This document shows positions 49,801 to 59,800 of a DNA stretch of 64,000 bases, piece after piece; within the stretch, counting starts at the first letter, position 1; each line of letters starts with the position of its first letter. The position numbers were made by a program, and so were the translations under genes. Where the stretch lies: contig NC_092672.1 of assembly GCF_964355755.1 (NCBI RefSeq), positions 22,023,237 through 22,087,236 on the forward strand, written 5' to 3'. The notes under the pieces are model-generated. The model was given only the letters and a program-made list of their open reading frames with translations, was not told where the DNA came from and ran no database searches. The DNA is from Antedon mediterranea. Taxonomy: Eukaryota > Animalia > Echinodermata.

Positions 49801-52638
49801 TACTATTTCAGTCGACTATGACAACAGTGACAGTTTTAACAAAGTATTAAATCGCAAATGTTCTACTCTATTTAGTGAGACAAATTTCATGACACAAAAT
49901 ACATAATAAAACAGTGTATCCTTGTGTTAAAAGAATGGTTTATTTAATAAAAACTAACTTTAAAATCTGTATTGCATAAATTGTACGTGATACTGTTTTT
50001 GTTATTATAAATACTGTAATGTTTATTTTGCATAGATACACAGACTGCTACTCCTCTGTCTACAAGCTCATTAGAGACAGGTTAGTGGTTATCATTAGAT
50101 CATTATGTATCATATGGACAGTTTGTCTGAAAATACATGAATATACATAATAGCATAACATCTTGGTGTCATTAGTAGAATAGTTGATTTAATACTGGTA
50201 TTCTTGATTATGACTAATGTATATGTTTATTTTGCATAGATGCACCTATTGCTGCTCCTTTGGCTGCAAGCTCATTAGGGACAGGTATAGGTGAGTAACA
50301 TTAGATCATTAGGGACAGGTATAGGTGAGTAACATTAGATCATTAGGGACAGGTATAGGTGAGTAACATTAGATCATTAGGGACAGGTATAGGTGAGTAA
50401 CATTAGATCATTAGGGACAGGTATAGGTGAGTAACATTAGATCATTAGGGACATGTATAGGTGAGTAACATTAGATCATTAGGGACAGGTATAGGTGAGT
50501 AACATTAGATCATTAGGGACAGGTATAGGTGACTAACATTAGATCATTAGGGACAGGTATAGGTGAGTAACATTAGATCATTAGGGACAGGTATAGGTGA
50601 GTAACATTAGATCACTAGGGACAGGTATAGGTGAGTAACATTAGATCATTAGGGACAGGTATAGGTGAGTAACATTAGATCATTAGGGACAGGTATAGGT
50701 GAGTAACATTAGATCATTAGGGACAGGTATAGGTGAGTAACATTAGATCATTAGGGCAGTGCTACAACCACTTATGTAGTACCAGCTATAATAAAACTAC
50801 TGCTAAGAGAGAAACATTAAAGATATCATATCATTTATTTCATTTGAACAAATACAAACATGAAAACAGAACAAATGTAAATCAATGAGGCAGGATTACC
50901 TAAAATAACAGTCGAGAAGCCAAATAAGACATTCAAACATATTTAAAACATAATTAAAAACACATTTTTTGTAAGAAAGTTAAAATTGCTGTATATGAAT
51001 GACAAGATAGTTTAAATTGTATGAAGTTAAATATATTACAGCAAAATCCACCACAGGTTAGCTAATTCTTTAAAATAATCAAAGCCGAACAAATCAGAAT
51101 GGAATCATGCTAATGTTTGTTCTAACTTTCAGAAACATCAAATTATCAACATTATTTTCTTTGATATTATTAATTTGAATACTATAATAACAATTTTCAA
51201 ATAGTAGACAAAACTTTTCTACGTAGGAAAAGTGGTCGAAATAATAACTAAAACATCCTTGAAAACAGATTGTGTGTATACTTCTAAAGACTGATCATTT
51301 GAAATATATTAAGTCAAACTAAATAATTTATGAATATGATGAAAACACTTTTATTTAATATTAATTTAATTCCCTCGTCCAACCATCTTTCAATTTCTGT
51401 TCAATTATTTACAACTCACTCTCTGCTTCTCAAGCCTCCAGAATAGATCGGACCCATAACAAGTTCTTGCACTTTGTCGGCCCATCAGCCAACCTGCCTC
51501 CTATTGTTTCCCCGACATCTAGGAGAGCAAGACAGGATTTGCACTTCCTGTATTTCTTACTTCTAGTTTGATTGTAATCTTGTTTCGTTGTTTTATTTTA
51601 ATGTTCCTGTTTGTAATCTTCGTGGTAAACCCTTTCTTCTTGTTAAATTTTCTTGTGTCAATGTTTGTAAAAATGGTATTTTCTGTAGACTCTCGTCATT
51701 GTACAATTCATGTCTTTTAAAAAATAATTCTTTAGATATTTTTAACTGTAATTTTTCTCAATTTAAATGTATTATTAATGAAATTATTTAAATTTTCTTT
51801 TTTACATTTTTGTATATATTTATATTGGCTCATATTTCATAGTTTAGTTATTTTATTTTTTTACACTGTTGGTTTGAAATAAAGAATAAAGAAATTCAAA
51901 AGTTGAGGCCTTAAAATTATACAAAAAAATATGGAAACCGTCATCATTAATTACTGGTTTTGCTTTAAATTATTTTCCATATCAAGCCCAACTGTGTTAA
52001 CATAGAGCCTGATTTATTCCTTTTCTCAATGCAACTAAACAAAAGGAAACTGGCCTATGATTAATATGGTGAATTGTATTCATTAAAAATAATTCTTTAT
52101 TACAGAAACAAGTCCAAATTCACTTGAAGACAAGTTAAACAAGTTGAATTATGATCTCAGTGAAGTCTTTATGAAGAATACGAGAAAATTCTTATTTTTG
52201 AGATGTTGTCTCTTTGATGAAGTAGATTTACAAGTCCTTGGAAATAAAGATTACAAAGCAAATGATTATTTTAATGAACTCACTGATAAAGGAAAGATCA
52301 AACCAACCGACATCAACCTTCTGCTTGAAGTGGCAACACTATCAGAAATTAAACATGCTAAAGATCTCGTAACACAGTATATGAATGACAACAATGTACA
52401 AATTAGTAATCAACAGAAGTTGTCCCCATATAGAAAAAGATTGTGTAAGGCATTGGAACAGTTTAACCCAAGTGAGTTGAATAGAGTTACAGCTTGTTAT
52501 CAATTGGAACAACCAACCATTTGGGATGTAACATTTTATTTAGAGAGCAAATCCAAATTGGTAGATGAATCAGAAAGAGAGAAGTTTGCTGAGCTGCTTG
52601 GACCAATCCCAAAAAAAATAATGTGTAAGTCAATTTGA
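16899..52638 (+). CDS. ROCO-family protein: ankyrin repeats - Roc GTPase - COR - S/T/P linker - tandem DED-like domains; 5' exon(s) not located; one in-frame TAG
   Basis: Exons 16899-16997, 29428-29538, 31903-32013, 33317-33401 (ANK: GSSALHLAA, GNTPLH, GNPPLY, GKTP); 34268-34430 (VPAEIRARG; P-loop GKEGAGKTS); 34817-34917 (STDGI); 35273-35341; 35453-35583 (WDYAGQ..YYITH); 37110-37199; 37304-37492 (LVATHMD); 38793-39035 (VPVKW); 39457-39651 (YMNDIGIILH, COR); 39815-39976; 40067-40354; 40561-40641; 40733-40943; microexons 41417-41470, 42123-42167, 43480-43524, 50036-50080, 50240-50284; terminal exon 52106-52638 (DED-like, LSPYRKRL). All junctions are GT-AG and in phase; 3096 nt. TAG at 39833-39835. 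Confidence 0.88.
20300..22095 (-). mobile_element. Highly degraded CR1/L2-group LINE ORF2
   Basis: Minus-strand remnants SDISDHLPI (endonuclease end), PILILPIFSK, FLDLSKTFDVVNHDI, WFKRYFTDR and HYCNIVWG, with many stops. A ~75-bp duplication occurs at 21828-21903 / 22017-22092. Boundaries are approximate. Confidence 0.7.
23534..23652 (+). mobile_element. Short Helentron/DINE-like interspersed element (copy 2)
   Basis: Similar to 16101-16205: T-rich start, GTCG/GGTC microsatellite, terminal GCCATGTATATGGC palindrome. Confidence 0.5.
24958..25298. mobile_element. Palindromic MITE-like element
   Basis: Perfect 25-bp TIR CTTATAACACAAGAATCTCCTGTTC plus internal imperfect inverted arms (GGCGCC..GCGCGCCCTC..AAGTCAAAA / TTTTGACTT..GGGGGCGC). 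No TSD recognised. Confidence 0.7.
30091..30913 (+). mobile_element. Non-autonomous PIF/Harbinger element carrying a Myb/SANT-like ORF remnant
   Basis: TIR GGCCCTGTTTCTGCTGC / GCAGCAGAAACAGGCCC, 3-bp TSD AAT and many subterminal ATACCGTA/TACGGTAT repeats. ORF 30443-30703 (HIYKDISKKI..SPKQVNSKLKSLRKQY..SGRERINCPHY) is trihelix Myb-like. Confidence 0.85.
32520..32745 (+). repeat. Degenerate (GACCACCTCTCTTAAG)-type subterminal repeats of a DNA-transposon relic
   Basis: Repeated CGACCACCTCT / TAAGCGACC motifs. Confidence 0.4.
32859..33104. repeat. Tandem repeat, 3 x ~82 bp
   Basis: AAAGCTCACTCATATTATGGG..AATTAAACACAGG repeated three times, almost identically. Confidence 0.9.
33722..34049. mobile_element. 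TTAA-flanked MITE (Kolobok-like)
   Basis: TTAA|AGATGTGTCCCCC ... GGGGGACAATACATCT|TTAA. An inverted partial copy lies at ~22590-22828. Confidence 0.65.
39127..39371. mobile_element. MITE with imperfect long TIRs
   Basis: T-tract-CAGGACGAATGTGGGCA versus TGCCCACGTTCGTCCTG-A-tract; internal AACCTAACCCT. Confidence 0.6.
41417..41748 (+). repeat. 5 x 66-bp tandem array of a ROCO microexon plus its donor
   Basis: Unit = 54-nt exon + GTCAGTTGATTG; the frame is open across the array (DTPDDTTTPVAIISSLSSGQLI). Confidence 0.92.
42085..43977 (+). repeat. Duplicated microexon+intron block (42085-42560 / 43435-43977), with a 3 x ~123-bp tandem at 42684-43046
   Basis: Near-identical exon and downstream intron text in both blocks. 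The 123-bp unit recurs at ~44315-44470. Confidence 0.85.
44471..47760 (-). mobile_element. 5'-truncated, frameshifted non-LTR retrotransposon (RTE-X-like)
   Basis: RT motifs WNLSLIIPIFKHGDK..NYRGISL, QGGFRKDHRCEDH, QGCVLSPILF, LFWADDIVL, YKYLG, LYGELGW and a C-terminal CKLC..ETIMHFLLTC knuckle. The minus strand ends in AATAAA followed by a (TTA)n tail at ~44471-44499. Clade assignment is by recollection of motifs. Confidence 0.9.
48233..49284. mobile_element. hAT-like non-autonomous element with apparent 5-bp TSD
   Basis: TIR CAGGCCCGTAGCCAGG / CCTGGCTACGGCCCTG, subterminal CGAACCCCC repeats, CTACA on both flanks. Confidence 0.8.
50273..50756 (+). repeat. 14 x 34-bp tandem array spanning a ROCO splice donor
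   Basis: Unit CATTAGGGACAG|GTATAGGTGAGTAACATTAGAT; the first unit overlaps the end of exon 50240-50284. Confidence 0.95.
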
Positions 52639-55600
52639 GAGATATCTTACCTTAAATCCACAAATTGTAGGTCACGTAAATATTCTCCCACAATAACTGG
52701 CATCAACCCAGAATTTTTAGAAAAGGGTAAAAATATATTGAGAATACATTGAAAATACATCAAACTTTATGTGACAAAACAATGTGATGTGCAATTTTAT
52801 GGACATGATGATGTCATATCACTTCCATATTTGGGAACATCACTACCATAGTTGGGCACATCACTACCATATTTGGACACATCACACATTTTTGTCAAAC
52901 TAATTTGATAGTGTAGACAGAGCTTACAACTGCCATTTGAGCAGGCAAATACTGTTTTATTACTATTTGTGTTATTTATTCTTAATTATTTTATAGTAAT
53001 GTTATTTATCATCATGTGTCAGGAAACTGTAAAAGGGGATTTTGTGCTAAAACATTAACATTCAGAATTAAATAGTCAAAGATTTAAATGTTTCATTGGT
53101 ATAGCTTATTGACCTGACTAAACTTTTAAACTTATCTTGTAAAGATAAAGTAAAATTTGGTGTTTTATGTATTAATCACAGCCGATGATTTAGAAAGGTT
53201 TAATAAGCTCTCTAAGCAAACTTGCTAACAGTACATTTACTAAAGCCAAATTAGTAGAGTTAGAGTTACTGCATAAATACATATTTCATATTCTATTTTA
53301 ATAAATGATATACAATCTTTTTTGTATTGTATTTTTGTTGTCTATTTTCTTTTAAATCTCAACGTGAGTCACAAGTAAACTTATTATATAATGTTAAGGT
53401 AAATTGGTTGGTTTCAACATAGGCAATTGACTATGGTACCAAAACAATAAATGATGTTTGTTATTATTATGGTATCTCTGAATTTAGTAAATGACTTGGC
53501 TATTGACTTGCCTAATGCAAATGAGATCATTTGTAGAAATTAGACTTACAGAATTTGATTAATGGCCAATATCACCTTTTTATGATTGACAGACTTACTA
53601 AACAGGACGAAAGGTATGGAGATGGGATCATTCACTGTATAACAGCAATTATATAAATCTCTACCATATTTTTGACCCTGGTGTGTAATTTTTCAATATC
53701 AAATTGACTAATGGTTGCCAAGGTATGGCACATATTTTTAGTATAGTATCATTATGTCTATAATTATATTTTGTATTAGAAAACTGTTGTCTAATTTTTA
53801 TTTTGTTTACTTGCACTTGCATGTTTGTGGAAATACAATTTTTTTTAAAGAATAAAAAACCGGACATAGTTCATATTTTGACACACCACCTGATTATGCA
53901 AATTACATTCTCTTTTGGTTGGCATAGCTTAATAGTGTTTATCCTTAAAATTCAGGAAAGTGGCATAGCCTATCGTGTGCGGCCCATCAATAAACATCAG
54001 TGTGCCAAATGTGAGCATGTACCGTTCAGTGGTTTTGGAGGAGATATGTAAAATACGCGAACAATTTAGTAGCATTAATATATAGATTGCTTTATACATT
54101 GATACCAAAAATTATGAGCATGGAAAACTGCACTTACAGATATTTGTGTCCCTACCCCAAAATTGTCCAAAACTGTGGAACTGATTGGAATAATTAGAAA
54201 TGCGTTACAATCCCACCTTTCATATTCCGTTATGGTAATTTCTTTATTCCTATATACCATTTACTATTATTTACTAATTTGATTTTAGTTACTTTTTGTT
54301 TTTGTTCAGGCACTTTCAACACAAGCTTTTGCTTTTTAGAAATGGTGCCTCCTTCATGATATTGTTTTATTCATTTTAAAGATGAGAAAAAAATTGTATT
54401 GTTTTAACTATCTTTCTTCATGAATTTTGTATTATATTATTTATTTTGTATATTATGAAGGAATTAAATGTTACTATGAAAAAAATATGTAATGTTAACA
54501 TTGATTTTTGTGTTCACTGGATATAGATGACAAAATATGTACGTAGTGTAGACCTCTCATATCCCATGTACTGTATTTTGTTGCTTGTAACCCGTTTTTC
54601 CCTTCACTTCATCAATGCTCAAACTTGTGGCCATGTCAAGAACTTATAATCACAGGATGATTCCTGATTCTTGTTAATCTTCCTCTGGCCAACAGAATAG
54701 ACCACTTTCATTAGTCTAGTGTGCAAGGCTATCAAACAACTTGATAGCATTGGTCTGTGTCCCTTCTTTAAAGTTGTCTTTTCAATAAATATATTGGGTT
54801 GGATGGAACAACTCAGTCACAATGTACTTCATCGAAGTGAAAATCTAAATTCTTGAACTATGATCTAATCGGATGCTATAAAGGATATTACTTTTATAAT
54901 TTACAGTCACTTTCTTTTTTATGCAAAAAAATAGAAAAGAATACTAAAATCAAACATTGAAAAGTCATTTTGTAGTTTTAATCAGGTTAGTTAAAAAATA
55001 ATGATTTAGCTTATAAAAAATAAAACCCATTGAATTTCAAACAATGGGCTTCCAGTTTACTACTTTAAAAAAAAATTGTATTTGGTTAAATAATTTTTCG
55101 TTTCCACCAATTTTTTTGTCAAACTAGTGTAACATTCAAAAATAAAAAAAAATATGTGGGGATCATTTAAGCATTTGACCTTTAACATTGTATCTACAGA
55201 AGAAAGCACAGATAAAATGTTATTTTAAAGCTTTAAGGCCACATTTATATTTGTACCTAATACATTCTTATTCAAAATACTCAAGTTTAAGATATAAAAT
55301 AATTGTATATAGTGTATTAATTGACCTAGACTCCAAAGGCAAAATTAAATTAGTTATTCTGAATTTTAAGAATAATGTTTGTATGTGTTTCTTTCATTCT
55401 TTACAAAAACCTAGTGGTTAAAGAGAAAATTAGGGAAAAGTTTTCAAATGGCAGCCATTTTGAATTTATGGAAAACAAGTAATTACTAATACACAACCCA
55501 GGGTCTAGATACTAATATCTATATAGGCCTATATTAACAGCAACAAAAAACATTTTGGACTGAAAAAGCTATACAACATATTTCTATATATTACAAATAA

Positions 55601-56859
55601 CATGAGAAGATGCAAATTTCAACTATTATTTTGAAACACTACACAGAAATTACATGATGCCCCACGATAATTTTAATGGAAATAGCAAGAGCAACATTTC
55701 AACCAACCATGCCTGCACCCTGGTTGCCTTTAAAGCGTTACCATCAGAGTTACAGCTCTTTGAAAAACATACACAAATTCCCATGTATGAAATTCCTGAA
55801 GAAAAACACCCATAAGAAAAATAATGGTATTTCCTAAATTCAATAATTGATTTACGTAAATTTTTGTTTTACATTAGAGCAAGATTAGTACAAAAAGATT
55901 TCACAAAAACAATTCACAAATTCTGTGCCATATCTAAATAAGGACAAAATTCACATGCCAAAATCACACCTTTTACCATGGCAACCATTAATTTTTTTTC
56001 AAAAATATTTCAGTTTTGTTATATTTACCTAAAGTGTGAATAATTACCAAAGTATGAAGAAAATTCATTTTTTGGCATTTGGCCACATTATGTTGATATT
56101 TGTAGTCAACCGCTCTTAAGACTTAGAAGATGTGCTTACATCCTCAAAAATGCACTCTCGTAGACGTCATTTTAGATGACCAACAATTCTCCAATCAAAT
56201 GACAAGAATTCGAGTAACTGACCTCAACTGACCGGCACACAAAAAATTTCTATTGTTTCGGGACTGAAAGAAACCGAATGCAACTTTAAATCATGTCACA
56301 CGTGCAGTAAGGGTGACCACGACCATATAAGCTTACCTTACAGACGGTCAGAATGCACATACAGTCTTATGACTTATTTCCAATGGAATGGTGTCGGGAA
56401 CACACACAAAGTTTGAATCTGTAAATGATCCTAAATGCATGGGACATAAAAATCACAAACTTAAATCATATTTCTGAGAATTATTTTTATTTACTAAAAT
56501 TATATTGTTAGTTTTACATGATTTGTTTATAATAAAATTTAAAATTTGGATTTCATATTCATTTACATGAAACTTACTCATGCGTGAAAACCAAATCAAA
56601 GCTGAAAGAGCTCCACAAAGACTCTGAATTCTTACAGTGCAATGGATGTTAAGTTTTGTAATTGTACAACAATTGTATTATTGTTTGTATTGTTATTGTG
56701 AATACAAATTGGTACGACAGCACACGCATGTAAAAATTGAATTGTGTCAATATTCATTTTTCTTTCAACATATACAGTAGACAATTTGCGGCATTTGACA
56801 CAACCTTGATACTGGTGGTAGTTCCTGGATTAACATACTTAATCCTGACATGAACTGTA

Positions 56860-59800
56860 TTATAACCTAACTGGACCATGATACAGCAAACCAAGTAACA
56901 CAATACCAAAAGCTATATCAATGGCAGGAGTTGTTGTAACTTGCACAAACTTGTTATTGATGGTAGTAGTTCCTTGATTTACAGGCTCCCCTTCAACACG
57001 TCTACCATTCTGGTGCTCACTAACTATTGGTTTATGTGTAGCACATTGTTCATCTGAGCTCTTCTTTTGAGATATTTCATCTTTCTTTTGTTCAATGTTA
57101 ACTATTGTATTTCCTTCACTTCTACCACTATTACAGTTCAGGTTACCATTTTCATGAAATTGTATTCTAGAATTGTTATTTACATTTTCTGGTTCTTCAA
57201 TTTCATTGATGCTTTTATCGGTAAACTTATCTCTCTTGTCTTGATCTTCAACTTCTTTACTGGTAAACTTATCTCTCTTGTCTTGATCTTCAACTTCTTT
57301 ACTGGTAAACTTATCTCTCTTGTCTTGATCTTCAACTTCTTTGCTAACATTGCTTGAACTAATCACTGACAGGTTACTGTCATGAGGTTCATTATCCAGT
57401 GATACTGCTGACAGTATACCTTCTGTTAATATGCTATTGTTTAGTTGCGATTGTTCATCATTGCATTCTTGCACATCAGAATCAGCAAACTGGTAAAAAT
57501 AAATGTTAAATTGTATTAAATTGTATCAAGAAAAAAAAATATTAGATTAAAAATCATAAACTGAATGTTTATGATGTGAATACGGAGAATATTTCATGAA
57601 AATTAACTGATTGACCATTTAATGAGGCGGAACCAAGCACAGGCAATCTCTCAGTAAATGAAATATACTCTATTCAACATTATTAGTTTTATAGCACAGT
57701 ACATATGATGATGTGTTAATTTAACATCATTAAAGTAAGTACATGTAAATGAGGATGTGTTAGTGATGAAGGAACATACTTCACATTGTAAAGTTTGTTG
57801 GTGCAGCGAAGATTGAAAATTGCGAGTTTTAAGTAAAAGCCTACCTCGTCTGAATTCAATTCATTTAATTGTTCATCTAACTTGCGTTGGTGTAAACGAA
57901 TTGAATATCCAATCATAGCATACTGTATGACACGTGCTGCCTCATGTCGTCTCTTTACATCTCCCCTCACCTTCCAGCCTCTAAAACCTACAACATATCA
58001 ATTACTAATTAGTGACTCGGCATCATAGCATACTGTATGACACGTGCTGCCTCATGTTGTCTCTTTACATCTTCTCTCACCTTCCAGCCTCTAAAACCTA
58101 CAACATATCAATTACTAATTAGTGACTCAGCATCATAGCATACTGTATGACACGTGCTGCCTCATGTTGTCTCTTTACATCTTCTCTCACCTTCCAGCCT
58201 CTAAAACCTACAACATATCAATTACTAATTAGTGACTCGGCATCATAGCATACTGTATGACACGTGCTGCCTCATGTCGTCTCTTTACATCTCCCCTTAC
58301 CTTCCAGCCTCTAAAACCTACAACATATCAATTACTAATTAGTGACTCGGCATCATAGCATACTGTATGACACGTGCTGCCTCATGTTGTCTCTTTACAT
58401 CTTCTCTCACCTTCCAGCCTCTAAAACCTACAACATATCAATTACTAATTAGTGACTCAGCATCATAGCATACTGTATGACACGTGCTGCCTCATGTCGT
58501 CTCTCTACATCTTCTCTCACCTTCCAGCCTCTAAAACCTACAACATATCAATTCTAATTAGTGACTCAGCATCATAGCATACTATATGACACGTGCTGCC
58601 TCATGTCGTCTCTTTACATCTTCTCTCACCTTCCAGCCTCTAAAACCTACAACATATCAATTATAATTAGTGACTCAGCCTCATAGCATACTATATGACA
58701 CGTGCTGCCTCATGTCGTCTCTTTACATCTTCTCTCACCTTCCAGCCTCTAAAACCTACAACATATCAATTCTAATTAGTGACAATTAGTGGCTTGGTTT
58801 GGTAACAGCATGATGCCTGCAAGATATTTGTCAAAACACTATTACAATCAATACCTGCTTGAATGATGACCACAGCTGCCTCTTGTTTACTTTTGGTTGC
58901 CAGGATCTTCCTCCACCACATCTGTATTACACCAGCACTTAAATTGAATTCCTTCAATCTTGCAACTTCAAGTTTATCCAACTAAATGAAAAATAACGGA
59001 ATATAATAAATATACAATGATGCAGATTCTTACTTACTTTTTACACTGACAAGCTAAAAACAAAAAGCTAAAAGTATTATAATTTTGTGCTACAACTTTT
59101 TAATAATGTTATAAGATAGCAATCTTACTGATTTTCAATGACTTATACACATTTAACTGGGTAATAATTTTTAATAAAATGGTATTTTTTAAATTGTGTC
59201 AAATTAATTGTTCTTTTCTTTTTTATATTTATATACTTTTTTTAAAAAGAAAAATGCCTCAATTTTACATAAATATTTAGTCAATTATGGTGAATTTCCT
59301 ATCTTATACTACAAAAATATTCCTGTAGCACTACTTTTAAAAATAAAGGTTTATTTTACGACACTCATTCAGCTCTACTCCAAAGGTTTATATTATACAG
59401 ATATTGCCTACTTAGAGGTGAAATCCCCGAGGGAATGATATTTTTCTAAGGAACTAAATATTACATCTGTTATATTAAAATATGTAGCAAAGTTTAAGTA
59501 GACTTGGCTGGGTCGGCTAGCCTAAGTAATAAGACTGCCTAGTTCACCTTACCTTGCCTAAGTAATAAGACTGCCTAGTTCACATTACCTTGCCTAAGTA
59601 ATAAGACTGCCTAGTTCACCTTACCTTGCCTAAGTAATAAGACTGCCTAGTTCACCTTACCTTAGTAATAAGACTGCCTAGTTCACCTTACCTTGCCTAA
59701 GTAATAAGACTGCCTAGTTCACCTTACTTTGCCTAAGTAATAAGACTGCCTAGTTCACCTTACCTTGCCTAAGTAATAAGACTGCCTAGTTCACCTTACC

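Noticed and set aside
54540-54880. Minus-strand coding-like stretch as further MYO19 exons
   Set aside because: It has multiple stops in the frames examined and no myosin-tail similarity; it is probably a decayed repeat.
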